In this document: piece by piece, positions 16,576 to 25,893 of the stretch
How the letters are laid out: each line of letters begins with the position of its first letter
Numbering within the stretch: the first letter of the stretch is position 1
Assembly: GCA_024275515.1 (NCBI GenBank)
Contig: JAJRYZ010000063.1
Coordinates: 1 to 32,481 of the forward strand
Length of the DNA stretch: 32,481 nucleotides
Source: Spirochaetota bacterium
Lineage (GTDB): Bacteria > Spirochaetota > Spirochaetia > ARS1246
Direction of reading: 5' to 3'
Program-made: the position numbers and the translations under genes
The notes under the pieces: model-generated
Database searches by the model: none
The model's input: only the letters and a program-made list of their open reading frames with translations
What the model was told of the DNA's origin: nothing

Positions 16576-16969
16576 ACATCATATTCCTTCAACGGCCACA
16601 GGCCTGTTGAGGTGAGAATCCGCTTTCTGCCGTCGGATAACGGAGAGCGTCCATACTTTTAGCAACAACGTATTCAAGAATCCTGCGCTCCTTAACCGCG
16701 GTGTCGTTCAATTCCTCCGGATCTGCCATGAATACGATTCTCCTCAACCGACTTCGCGTTCCGTTTTCGGAACTATACCTGTTCACCAATACACTAAACT
16801 GTTTTAGTTGAATGTCAAGAGTCGGAAGTGGCACCGGCGAAAGGCGAGGCCCGGGAGCCCGACTGAGCCTTCGGCGGCCGCCGCCTCGCGCCGGACGGCG
16901 GGGATTGCCACGGATGCAGGTGATCTGCGAGACGCCGCCCTTGAGAGTATCGATCGGTCGCCGTTCTGC

Positions 16970-18004
16970 CTATATGCGCCGGCAGGAGTCTCGTTCCTCC
17001 AATTTCGTGTCGATGATCGACTTTATGCGTACCGAATCTCTATTTTCGATGATGTCGATGATGCGCCGAACCGCCATAGAACCCATTTTCTCTTTTTCGA
17101 CGTGGATTGTAGTCAACCGGGGGGAAACGATTGTGGATTCCGATACGTTGTCGAAGCCGACGACAGACACATCCTCGGGGACTCTAAATCCAAGTTCGTG
17201 GAGCGATTTGATCACCCCGATGGCTATATAGTCACATTCACAAAACAGGGCCGTTGGGAGCGGGGCTTTTTCTTTTTTTCGCTTACTGATGATTTCGCTG
17301 AAGTCTTTCTGGGCTCTCTCGATATCCGATTCGATGCTGATGATATCCCTTTCCAGGACCTTGATTCCGTTTTCGCTGAGAGCTTGAAAAAAACCCTGCC
17401 TTCTTTGTTCGAAATTATGTATTCTCTCTTGCGATTGTACGTATCCGATTCTTCCGTGGCCGAGCTCGAGAAGGTACGATCCTGCGGAATAAGCCCCCAT
17501 ACGGTTGTTCATGACTATGAAGTTGGTATTCAATAGTTCATAACATGTGTCCAGCACTATCGTATTCGGCTGTACGTCTATAATATCCTCTATTTCAGGT
17601 GGGTTCAAATTGGTGCCGAGGAGTATCACCCCTTGTGAGGGAAGCTCGTCTTCCAGTCGCACAAGATCTTCTTTCAACTTATCTCTCCTGGCAGTTGAAA
17701 AAATCAGTGCATATCCTGCCGAGCGAGCCCTTTGTTCCAGACCGTGGATGAGAGCGACGAAGAAGGATGAGGTATTGTACTGAGTGGAAATGATGTCCGC
17801 CTTCAAACAGGCAAGAAAACGGATCTGCTTGGTTTCCTGGTTACGATCGTTTCTTACCATGGATCGATGAATGTACCCGGTTTCCTTCACTACTTTCATT
17901 ATGCGCCGGCGAGTGTCGTCTCCGATGCCCGGCTTGTTGTTTAGGGCCATTGAGACCGCGGCTTTGGAAACGTTCGCCAATCTAGCAATATCAGCGATTC
18001 TCAA
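16970..18004 (-). CDS. LacI-family transcriptional regulator (HTH plus periplasmic-binding-protein-like sugar-binding domain). TTG start at 18004.
   Basis: HTH IADIARLANVSKAAVSMALNN. TTG start preceded by GGAGGAG (5-nt spacer) gives a 345-aa protein beginning MRIADIA, canonical for the LacI family. The ORF-track start at 18151 adds 49 aa that do not look like protein. Confidence 0.85.
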   Translation of the reverse strand: MRIADIARLANVSKAAVSMALNNKPGIGDDTRRRIMKVVKETGYIHRSMVRNDRNQETKQIRFLACLKADIISTQYNTSSFFVALIHGLEQRARSAGYALIFSTARRDKLKEDLVRLEDELPSQGVILLGTNLNPPEIEDIIDVQPNTIVLDTCYELLNTNFIVMNNRMGAYSAGSYLLELGHGRIGYVQSQERIHNFEQRRQGFFQALSENGIKVLERDIISIESDIERAQKDFSEIISKRKKEKAPLPTALFCECDYIAIGVIKSLHELGFRVPEDVSVVGFDNVSESTIVSPRLTTIHVEKEKMGSMAVRRIIDIIENRDSVRIKSIIDTKLEERDSCRRI

Positions 18005-18261
18005 TTGCTCTCCTCCATGAACCCGAATGTGGCGCCTCAGCAGGCATCGTATGCCGGTCCGGTCCCGACACAGCCTCCGGGCGTCCGTCTCCTGTTTGCA
18101 CGGTATACTGAACCGCGCACATTTTGGCAAGAAAATGAGGAGGCCTTCCAAAGTATGCGTCTTGCCCCTTCCGAATTGCGCCGTTTCCGGCGCCGCGTCG
18201 TCGCCGAAGAGGCCGGGGCGGAGGGTGAGACGGCGCTTTCTCGGAATTCGAACGACCGGGG

Positions 18262-18290
18262 TTGACGGCTCGCGGTTCTTGTCCTATATT
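18262..18290 (+). promoter_or_regulatory. Sigma70-like promoter TTGACG-17 nt-TATATT for the GntR operon.
   Basis: -35 at 18262-18267, -10 at 18285-18290, exact 17-nt spacer. About 47 nt upstream of the GntR ATG. Confidence 0.5.
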
Positions 18291-18321
18291 CCTAATGTAC
18301 TAACGTTCTAGGACATTAGGA
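18290..18321. promoter_or_regulatory. Palindromic operator TCCTAATGT-N14-ACATTAGGA (9-bp perfect arms, AACGTT at centre) overlapping the -10/+1 of the GntR promoter.
   Basis: Direct reading of the sequence. Position is typical of autoregulatory GntR/YtrA operators. Confidence 0.45.
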
Positions 18322-18336
18322 GTCGCAACGACCACC

Positions 18337-18744
18337 ATGGCAGCCGAACGACACACCGACGGTATCGATTTCGTCCTGGACCCGACCGGCGGGGTGCCTT
18401 TCTACCGCCAAATCATCATGCAGGTTGAAATGGCCATCGCCGACGGCCGGCTCAGAACGGGGACGCAACTGCCGACCGTGCGGGGTCTCGCCGTCGAGCT
18501 GCAGATAAACCCGAACACGGTCGCCCGGGCGTACAACGAGCTCGAGATTCGCGGCATCGTCAACACGCAGCAAGGAACGGGAACCTTCATCAGCGACAAG
18601 AAAATCACGCTCGCACCCGGTGAGCGAGAGGAGATACTCTCGGGACTCGTCCGTTCATTCGTCGCCAATGCCTCATCCTACGGGTTTACCGTGGATGAGA
18701 TACGCGACTACCTCGCCAACCTCAAGGAGGATATGCAGTCATGA
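18337..18744 (+). CDS. GntR-family transcriptional regulator, YtrA-like subfamily (short C-terminal domain).
   Basis: winged-HTH: LPTVRGLAVELQINPNTVARAYNELEIRGIVNTQQGTGTFI. 135 aa. ATGA overlap with the next gene. Confidence 0.85.
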   Translation: MAAERHTDGIDFVLDPTGGVPFYRQIIMQVEMAIADGRLRTGTQLPTVRGLAVELQINPNTVARAYNELEIRGIVNTQQGTGTFISDKKITLAPGEREEILSGLVRSFVANASSYGFTVDEIRDYLANLKEDMQS

Positions 18745-19874
18745 AACTCCCGATCGGTCCTCACTCCGGCAACCTGCTTTCGGAAAACGACCGCCCCGCC
18801 GTGCGCACGCACCGCGGTCACTTCAGGTTCAACACGATATCGGCGCTGTCGCTTCTCGTATCGATCGCCGTAGGTCTCGCGCTTCAGGAGCTCGTCGCCA
18901 CATTGCCCGATGCCGGCGACACGGCCTATCTGTTCGCCGGCATTCTCAGCGCCGCCGCGCTTCTGTTCATTCTTCCGTACTGGCCGGTGGTACTCGCGAT
19001 CATCGCCGGCCTCTGGGCCGCGCTTCCGGTCTATTTCGGCACCGACCTGCAGTACGCCGCGGCGGTCATAACGATCGGATTCCTGCTCGCCCCCGGAGTC
19101 GAGGTGATTAACCAGTGGGACAAGATCGTCGTCCTCAGGTTGGGCCGGTTTCACCGGGTGCGCGGGCCCGGAGCGCTTCTGCTGTTCCCGCTGGTGGACT
19201 CGGTGGCCGGATACGTCGACACCAGAATACGGGTGACCGATTTCTCGGCCGAGAAGAGCCTGACACGCGACACGGTGCCCGTTCACGTCGACGCGCTTGC
19301 CTTCTGGATGATCTGGAACCCGGAGAAGGCGATTCTCGAAGTCGAGAACTTTGAACGAGCCGTCGCGCTCAGCGCGCAGACCGCGCTCCGGGCGAGTATC
19401 GGGTCGAGCGACCTCGCGACTCTTTTGAGCGAGCGAGAACGGCTGGGAGAAGAAATCCAGTCGATAGTAGACGCCAAGACCAACCCGTGGGGAATAACCA
19501 TCATCTCGGTCGAGTTCAAGGAGATTCTCATCCCGAAAGAGCTCGAAGACGCCTTGAGCCGGCAGGCGCAAGCGGAGCGGGAAAAGAAAGCGAGGGTCAT
19601 CCTGAGCGCCGCGGAGGCGGAAGTGGCCGTGACTTTTCGAAAAGCGGCCGATCAGTACCGCGACGATCCCGTCGCGCTTCAACTGCGAGCCATGAATATG
19701 ATCTACGAAGGCATCCGGAGCAAGGGCGGCTTGATCATGGTGCCCTCTTCGGCGCTCGAATCGATGAATCTCGGAACGGTGCTCGGCGCGGGCGCCTTCG
19801 CCGAACACTCCGGATCGGCTCGGCCGGCGGCGCCCCCGGTTCCGTCGACCGGGGAAACGGGACCGAAGGTTTGA
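18741..19874 (+). CDS. SPFH/Band-7 (stomatin/prohibitin-like) membrane protein with an extended N-terminal region of about three TM helices.
   Basis: INQWDKIVVLRLGRF..VRGPG..LLFPLVDSV...VENFERAV...SQAQAEREKKARV fits the stomatin-type SPFH core. Hydrophobic segments at residues ~30-120. Confidence 0.85.
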   Translation: MKLPIGPHSGNLLSENDRPAVRTHRGHFRFNTISALSLLVSIAVGLALQELVATLPDAGDTAYLFAGILSAAALLFILPYWPVVLAIIAGLWAALPVYFGTDLQYAAAVITIGFLLAPGVEVINQWDKIVVLRLGRFHRVRGPGALLLFPLVDSVAGYVDTRIRVTDFSAEKSLTRDTVPVHVDALAFWMIWNPEKAILEVENFERAVALSAQTALRASIGSSDLATLLSERERLGEEIQSIVDAKTNPWGITIISVEFKEILIPKELEDALSRQAQAEREKKARVILSAAEAEVAVTFRKAADQYRDDPVALQLRAMNMIYEGIRSKGGLIMVPSSALESMNLGTVLGAGAFAEHSGSARPAAPPVPSTGETGPKV

Positions 19875-19902
19875 GTGAAAACAAAGTAAACGGGAGAAAC
19901 AG

Positions 19903-20757
19903 ATGATACAGGTCGAAGGACTCTATCATTCCTATTCGCACGACGAGAAGTACGCGGTCAAGGACGCGAGTTTCCGCATCGAAAAGAGCGAGGTCTTCGG
20001 CTTTCTCGGTCCTTCGGGCGCGGGAAAGTCGACGACGATGGGAGTGCTTACCGGACTGCTTCCGTTGCAAAGGGGCAGTGTTACCGTTGCCGGCTACGAC
20101 GTGAAAAAACCGGCTCGAAGCATGTTTAATCGGATCGGCGTCTCCTTCGAGCAGTCCAACGTGTACGGAAAACTCACCGCACTTGAAAATCTCGAGTTCT
20201 ACCGGAAACTGTTCGATGTGCCGACACGGGACCCGCGCGAGCTGCTTGAACTCGTCGGCCTCGACCACGTCGCGACGAAGAGAGTCGGTGAGTTCTCCAA
20301 GGGAATGAAACACAGGCTCACTTTCGTCCGGAGCATGTTGAACAACCCGCAGATGTGGTTCCTCGACGAACCGACGACAGGCCTCGACCCGGCGATCGCC
20401 GGCCGCATCAAGGAGATAGTTCGGGCGGAAAAGGAAAAGGGGACGACGGTATTCCTGACGACGCACAATATGTACGTCGCCGACGAGCTGTGCGACCGCG
20501 TCGCGTTTATCATAGACGGAGAAATCAAATTGATCGACTCTCCGCGAAACCTCAAGCTCCGCTACGGCGAACGCCTGGTGGACGTCGAGTATCGTGAGAG
20601 CGGTTCGATACGCAAAGAAACGCTCTCTTTCGTCGACGAGCAGGAACGGCGCAGGTTGAGCGAGATCGTCGACACCGGAAATGTCGAAATGATGCATACC
20701 AAAGAGGCCACGCTTGAACAGATTTTTGTCAAGGTCACCGGACGAGGATTGAACTGA
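19903..20757 (+). CDS. ABC transporter ATP-binding protein (ABC-2/DrrA-like subfamily).
   Basis: Walker A GPSGAGKST, signature FSKGMKHRL, Walker B MWFLDEPTTGLD, H-loop TTHNM. Confidence 0.9.
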   Translation: MIQVEGLYHSYSHDEKYAVKDASFRIEKSEVFGFLGPSGAGKSTTMGVLTGLLPLQRGSVTVAGYDVKKPARSMFNRIGVSFEQSNVYGKLTALENLEFYRKLFDVPTRDPRELLELVGLDHVATKRVGEFSKGMKHRLTFVRSMLNNPQMWFLDEPTTGLDPAIAGRIKEIVRAEKEKGTTVFLTTHNMYVADELCDRVAFIIDGEIKLIDSPRNLKLRYGERLVDVEYRESGSIRKETLSFVDEQERRRLSEIVDTGNVEMMHTKEATLEQIFVKVTGRGLN

Positions 20758-20758
20758 G

Positions 20759-21793
20759 ATGAAGCTTTGGTACACTTTCCTGAAAGACGTGCGCCTTTCG
20801 GTCCAGGGTTGGTACTTCTATACGGAGTTCGTCTTTACCCTGCTTATCGTCGCGGTACTCCTCTTCGTCGTTCCTGAGAACTTCACGACGAAAATACGGG
20901 TCTACGCACACGTCGAACTGGGAGGAGCTTTCCGCGCCGCCGTCGAAAAGGGGTTGTCGCGCGATGAGTTCGCCGTGACATTCCTCGATTCGCGGGAAGA
21001 GGTTGAAAGGCGCCTCGAACAGGATCGTCGGAGCGTGGGCCTGTCGGTAACCCGGGAGGGAGGAAAGGTCGTGTACGACTACATCCTTCAGGGATACGAA
21101 AGCCGGCGAATCCGAAACGTTATCGCGCTCTCGATCGAAGCGCAGTTCGCGTCGCGCCTCCCGTCGTTCGTCGACGCGACCAGAGTCTTTACCGTCGGAG
21201 AAACCTCGGAAAAACTCTCCGACAGGCTCAACATCCTCCCGGTCTTCCTCGCGCTCAACGCGGCGTTCATGGGTCTGTTCATAATCGCCGCCTACATTTT
21301 CCTCGACAAAGAGGAAGGAACGATCAAAGCATTCGCCGTGACTCCCGCCTGCGTGTGGCACTACCTGCTCAGCAAAATGGCGGTCATGTTGACGACCGGA
21401 TTGCTTTCCGGATTGGTCGCCGCCGCGCTTGTCGCCGGAGCGCATGCCCACTATCTCCACCTGAGCGTACTGCTGATCGCGACGAACCTGTTCGGATCTG
21501 CGGTCGGGTTGTTCATCGCGAGCTTCTTCGACACCCTGCAAAAGGCGATGGGATGGCTGTATATGTCAATTATTGTCTTGGCTATGGCGTCGGTTTCGTA
21601 CTACATGCCGGCGTTCTCACCCGTGGCGATTCGCATGCTTCCGTCGTACCCGATGTTGTTCGCCTTTCGCGAGACCTTGCTCGATCGGCCCGACGTCGGC
21701 TACATCTATCTGAACGTGCTCGGATTCACGGTCGCGGCGATCCTGCTTTTTCTGCCCGCGAATAGACGGTTCAAGAAATCGCTTGCCGCATAG
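20759..21793 (+). CDS. ABC-2 type transporter permease (one N-terminal TM, large extracytoplasmic loop, then ~5 TM helices).
   Basis: Hydropathy pattern ([21 protein letters not shown], then multiple helices from ~200 aa). Tight spacing with the ATPase. Confidence 0.75.
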   Translation: MKLWYTFLKDVRLSVQGWYFYTEFVFTLLIVAVLLFVVPENFTTKIRVYAHVELGGAFRAAVEKGLSRDEFAVTFLDSREEVERRLEQDRRSVGLSVTREGGKVVYDYILQGYESRRIRNVIALSIEAQFASRLPSFVDATRVFTVGETSEKLSDRLNILPVFLALNAAFMGLFIIAAYIFLDKEEGTIKAFAVTPACVWHYLLSKMAVMLTTGLLSGLVAAALVAGAHAHYLHLSVLLIATNLFGSAVGLFIASFFDTLQKAMGWLYMSIIVLAMASVSYYMPAFSPVAIRMLPSYPMLFAFRETLLDRPDVGYIYLNVLGFTVAAILLFLPANRRFKKSLAA

Positions 21794-21810
21794 GATTAAG
21801 GAGGAAAAAC

Positions 21811-22812
21811 ATGCTCAGACGAATAGGCGCCGTCATGATTCGGGACGTGAAGAGCGGAACCAGGGATTTCATGACGATATATATCATGATCGCGCCGATT
21901 TTGCTCGCGCTCGTACTCAAGGCCGTCGTCCCGGGCGCGGGCGCAACGACGATCAAGGTCGCCGTCGACGGCTCGATCGACGCCGATGTCGTCGAATACC
22001 TCAAAGGCTACGCCCGGGTGGAGACCTACGACGATCGGGACCGGATCGAGTCACGCGTGTCGCGTACCGACGACATATTCGGTCTGGTGCGCGAAGGCGA
22101 CGAGTTCGTGATCATCGAGCAGGGCAACGAAACGACGGGAAGCCGCGGACTATTGGCGTCGATAGTCAACTCGTTCGTCAACAACAACCTCGATCTTCCC
22201 ATCGACGTCCGCATTTCCGACGTCGGATGGGTGCTCTCGCCGCTGAAGCAGCAGGGAACGAACTTCCTGCTGGTGTTTTGCTCGGTTTTCGGCGGGATGC
22301 TGATTACGCTCAATCTGGTCGAGGAGAAGATGAGCAACACGATTTCGGCGATAAACGTCGCGCCGATCTCAAAGGCGGAATTCGTCGCCGGGAAGAGCGT
22401 GCTCGGATTCTTCATTCCGGTCATAGGCGCCTTTGCCGTTCTTGTGATACTCGGCTTCGGCTACGTCAACTTCGGAATGGTCGCCGTATCGGTGATAAGC
22501 ATCGCGCTCATCAGCATCATCATCGGCTTCAGTATCGGGGTGATGAATACCGAGCCGATCGGGGCGATCGCGAGCATGAAGATCGTGTTCCTGCCGGTCT
22601 TCGCGTCGGTATTCGGGGGGATATTCCTCGCCGACAAATGGCGCTTCGTACTCTACTGGTCGCCGTTCTACTGGGCGTACACTACAATGGACGCGATTAT
22701 TCTCGATGAGGCGACGTGGGGCGGAGTCTTCCTGAACGGCGGAATCGTCCTTGCCATCACTGCGGTGGTGTTCGCTTTGTTGAGTAAACGCATTCGTCAC
22801 GGGCTCCGGTAG
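21811..22812 (+). CDS. Second ABC-2 type transporter permease.
   Basis: AGGAGG 8 nt before ATG 21811. Same N-TM / loop / 5-TM architecture as the preceding permease. Confidence 0.75.
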   Translation: MLRRIGAVMIRDVKSGTRDFMTIYIMIAPILLALVLKAVVPGAGATTIKVAVDGSIDADVVEYLKGYARVETYDDRDRIESRVSRTDDIFGLVREGDEFVIIEQGNETTGSRGLLASIVNSFVNNNLDLPIDVRISDVGWVLSPLKQQGTNFLLVFCSVFGGMLITLNLVEEKMSNTISAINVAPISKAEFVAGKSVLGFFIPVIGAFAVLVILGFGYVNFGMVAVSVISIALISIIIGFSIGVMNTEPIGAIASMKIVFLPVFASVFGGIFLADKWRFVLYWSPFYWAYTTMDAIILDEATWGGVFLNGGIVLAITAVVFALLSKRIRHGLR

Positions 22813-22943
22813 CCGCCTGAAGTATCGCGCCACGCGGCAAACGGAGCGGTCCGCCGAATCGTGTCGCGCGGCGCACCCTGCGGAGCGCCGTGTCGGGCGG
22901 GGCGGCGCGTCGATAACACGCAGACCAATAAGGGAGGGTCGAC

Positions 22944-23150
22944 ATGAACGGGTTCGCGCTTCTGGGATTGTTCCTGATCATCTACGCGGCGGTGGTTGTC
23001 GTACTCGCGCTCAAGAAGCCGACGTCGATGTGGAACATGGGGAAGATCCGGTTCTTCCGGAAGGTATTCGGCGAGAAGGGCGTCGTGATTTTTTTCTGGG
23101 TTCTGGCTGCGGTCGCCGCAGGCTTCGGCGTGTGGCTGCTCATCCGATGA
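22944..23150 (+). CDS. Small membrane protein (68 aa, two predicted TM helices).
   Basis: AAGGGAGGG SD before ATG 22944. Two hydrophobic helices (FALLGLFLIIYAAVVVVLAL; VVIFFWVLAAVAAGFGVWLLI). Stop overlaps the next start (ATGA). Confidence 0.5.
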   Translation: MNGFALLGLFLIIYAAVVVVLALKKPTSMWNMGKIRFFRKVFGEKGVVIFFWVLAAVAAGFGVWLLIR

Positions 23151-24307
23151 AGGAGTCGGAGCGCATCAGGGCCGTCCGATCTCCGATTATTCCCGCGGTA
23201 GCCGAATTGATTCGGAAGAGCCCCGGAACGATCTCTCTCGGCCAGGGTGTCGTCAACTACGGCCCGCCGAAAAAAGCGATCGAAAACATCACGCTTTTTC
23301 TTTCGAACCCCTCCAATCACCGCTATCAGATGGTTCAGGGGATACCCGAGTTGCTGGAGCCGGTAGAGGAGAAACTAAGACGCGAAAACGGCGTCGCACT
23401 CGATGATGAACGTCGAGTGATCATTACCGCGGGGGGGAACATGGCTTTTCTCAACGCGATTCTTGCCGTCGCTGATCCCGGCGACGAGGTCATCCAGCTC
23501 GTACCGTACTATTTCAACCACGAAATGGCGATTGCGATGGCCGACTGCGTTTCGGTCCCGGTTCACACCGGCCCCGACTATCAACCCCGCATCGAGGCGA
23601 TACGGGAGGCGCTGACCGGTCGGACCAGGGCGGTCGTGACGATCTCGCCGAACAACCCCACCGGAGCGGTGTATCCACGATCACTCCTGCGAAGAATCAA
23701 CGGACTCTGCGTGGAAAACGGAATCTACCATATCCACGACGAAGCGTACGAGTACTTCACCTACGAAGGCGCGACGCACTACTCGCCGGCCGCCGATCCG
23801 GCCGCCGCGAGGCACACGATATCACTCTACTCGATGTCGAAGGCCTACGGTTTCGCGAGCTGGCGGATCGGGTGGATGGTCGTTCCGTCGCACCTGTTCG
23901 AAAGCGTGCGAAAGATTCATGATACCAATCTCATCTGCCCGCCGGTGATTTCGCAGTGGGCGGCCGCCGGAGCGCTCTCCGCAGGGCGCGGATACTGCGA
24001 TGCACGAATCGCCGAGCTCGCCCGCGTCCGATCGATGGTGCTCGAAAAGCTGTCGCGGATCGGCGACATCGTCGAGGCGCCGGCGACCAAAGGCGCGTTT
24101 TATCTTCTGCTCCGGGTCGACACCGATGTGCCGGAAATGGACATTATCGAACGGCTGATCGAGGAATACCGCGTCGCGGTCATTCCGGGCTCGACTTTCG
24201 GAATCACCTCCGGGCGTTACCTCCGTGTCGCTTTCGGAGCGCTCCAGCCGGAGACGGTGGCCGACGGGATCGATCGGCTCGTCGAAGGGCTTCGGGCGAT
24301 CGCCTGA
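23147..24307 (+). CDS. Class I/II PLP-dependent aminotransferase. True start ATG 23147 inside the 23030 ORF.
   Basis: PLP-Lys motif SMSKAYGFASWRIGW, NPTGAV, and overall aspartate/aromatic aminotransferase-like layout. 386 aa. Confidence 0.85.
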   Translation: MKESERIRAVRSPIIPAVAELIRKSPGTISLGQGVVNYGPPKKAIENITLFLSNPSNHRYQMVQGIPELLEPVEEKLRRENGVALDDERRVIITAGGNMAFLNAILAVADPGDEVIQLVPYYFNHEMAIAMADCVSVPVHTGPDYQPRIEAIREALTGRTRAVVTISPNNPTGAVYPRSLLRRINGLCVENGIYHIHDEAYEYFTYEGATHYSPAADPAAARHTISLYSMSKAYGFASWRIGWMVVPSHLFESVRKIHDTNLICPPVISQWAAAGALSAGRGYCDARIAELARVRSMVLEKLSRIGDIVEAPATKGAFYLLLRVDTDVPEMDIIERLIEEYRVAVIPGSTFGITSGRYLRVAFGALQPETVADGIDRLVEGLRAIA

Positions 24308-24405
24308 TCGCCCGCCGGTCCGATGTTTGCCCGATCGCGCCCGTCGGATCGCGCCTCGTTTCATCGCCGTCCGAACGGCGACGAGCAATCGACGCGGCGC
24401 CGTTC

Positions 24406-25728
24406 TCAGCGACCGCTTACGTCGCGCCGGCCGCGTCTTCCGGTAACCAACAACGCCGCGGCGACGACCAACCCGACCATTCCCACCGGCCAAAACTCAC
24501 CCCACTCCCTCTTCGTCGCCGCGTCGACGAAAAAGCCGAGCAACGGGGCGAGCGCCATGGTCGCTATGCTTTTCGCCTGCGATTCGATCGAAAGAAGAGT
24601 GGCGCCCTGCGACTCGGACCCGTGAGAATCTATCCGACTGATCAGGATCGGCCGCCAGAGGTTCTGCAGCATGTGCAGCAACACGAACCCCGGTATCATG
24701 ATCCAGTATGAGCGGAGAAACATGGCGGGGGTCATGATCAAAAGCAGAACGGCCAGCGCACCCCAGAGCCGCCGAGCAGCCCTGTCTTCTTCTCCCGGCG
24801 CAGGCACCAACAGATACGACTTACGGCTCGAAACGGCCGACAAGAGATAAACGATAAGATAGACCGGACCGATGAGAACGACCGAGCGCTGCACGTCGGT
24901 CATTTCGATCCCGCCGAACAGAACCGCCGCCAGAGGAACCGCGGCGAACTGAAGGATCGGCTGAAGATAGCCTTTCGACGACTTGAAAAACCCTTCAAAC
25001 CCCATCGACTCGAGCAGGATGCGCCGCATGGTGCGATCCGCGATCGCCGATTTGAACGACCGTCGCAGGTGCTCTCCGATCTCCCGAAGTCCGACCGCGC
25101 CGCTCGCCTCCCCGTCAAGGTACTTCGGATATCCCAGCAGGTTGACGACGTTTAGCAGGTACGGAACGACGGATACGAAGAAAACCATCACATAGTTGCC
25201 CGTGAGAAAAACGAAGGCGGACGCGATGACGACCGACACCGCCGATCCGATCTTGCTCCATGACCGCGTATACCCGTAGGTCTGTGCGCGCTCGTCGGTT
25301 CGTCCTTCGACGCGAAGCCAGGCAAAGATCATCGCCTTGTGCGTACCCGTCCTGAACGCTTCGCCTACTCCGAAGAAAACCATCGCGATCATCAGAAAAC
25401 CGAACCCGGAACCTGAAGCGAGGTCTCCGCGCACGACGAGATGACCGATCGTGCCCATAAGCAGGAAGCTCACGATGTAGCTTGCGAAACTCGTGATCAT
25501 CGAACGTCGTCGTCCGAACAGGTCGGCGATCGCGCCGGTCGGGATCTCCGCGAGATTCACGATGATCTCCCTGAACGCGACGAGAACGCCGATCTTCGTA
25601 TAGCTCAGCCCCATCTGTAGAAACGCGACGACGAGAAACGGATCGTAGTATTGCTGATTCTTGAGGAACCCGTAGGCGCTGAAACGCCTGAGCAGCGCGG
25701 CTTTCATACTCGCCGTATCGTATACCAT
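24406..25728 (-). CDS. MFS transporter (12 TM). Only the 3' 1323 nt of the 889-aa track ORF is the gene.
   Basis: ATG at 25728-25726 verified in the sequence. Hydropathy consistent with 12 TM. The upstream part of the track ORF is antisense to the URO-D gene. Confidence 0.85.
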   Translation of the reverse strand: MVYDTASMKAALLRRFSAYGFLKNQQYYDPFLVVAFLQMGLSYTKIGVLVAFREIIVNLAEIPTGAIADLFGRRRSMITSFASYIVSFLLMGTIGHLVVRGDLASGSGFGFLMIAMVFFGVGEAFRTGTHKAMIFAWLRVEGRTDERAQTYGYTRSWSKIGSAVSVVIASAFVFLTGNYVMVFFVSVVPYLLNVVNLLGYPKYLDGEASGAVGLREIGEHLRRSFKSAIADRTMRRILLESMGFEGFFKSSKGYLQPILQFAAVPLAAVLFGGIEMTDVQRSVVLIGPVYLIVYLLSAVSSRKSYLLVPAPGEEDRAARRLWGALAVLLLIMTPAMFLRSYWIMIPGFVLLHMLQNLWRPILISRIDSHGSESQGATLLSIESQAKSIATMALAPLLGFFVDAATKREWGEFWPVGMVGLVVAAALLVTGRRGRRDVSGR

Positions 25729-25754
25729 ATGTCTCGATTGTGCAGAAGCGAACT

Positions 25755-25783
25755 CAGGTTTCAGTCTCATAATGAGACAATAT
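25755..25783. repeat. Copy 2 of the shared motif, containing the near-perfect palindrome GTCTCAT-A-ATGAGAC (25764-25778), in the divergent MFS/URO-D promoter region.
   Basis: See copy 1. Palindrome arms of 7 bp are perfect. Confidence 0.45.
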
Positions 25784-25893
25784 GTTGCGCCAAGCGGCCA
25801 TATTCCGAAATCCTGCCGATTATGTCGTTGCGCGAAGCGCGCCTTTGAGGATACTATCGCCGCGTGAACCACAATCAGGATGCAGGACCGCGG

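Noticed and set aside
16589-16834. 81-aa minus-strand ORF in the GH/LacI intergenic region
   Set aside because: Sits in the promoter/operator region of the GH operon, has no SD, and its N-terminal third is Arg/Ser-rich. Cannot be supported from sequence alone.
18708-19808. 366-aa minus-strand ORF antisense to the SPFH gene, and ORFs 18005..18311 in the LacI/GntR intergenic region
   Set aside because: Antisense or within a promoter region, Arg-rich, no RBS. The plus-strand SPFH frame has an unambiguous Band-7 signature.
25785-25805. Possible sigma-54 -24/-12 element (tTGGCGCaacatatTGtc, minus orientation) upstream of the MFS gene
   Set aside because: GG and GC dinucleotide spacing is off by one from the TGGCAC-N5-TTGC consensus and no cognate enhancer-binding protein is nearby. 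Not shared with the AOR copy of the motif.
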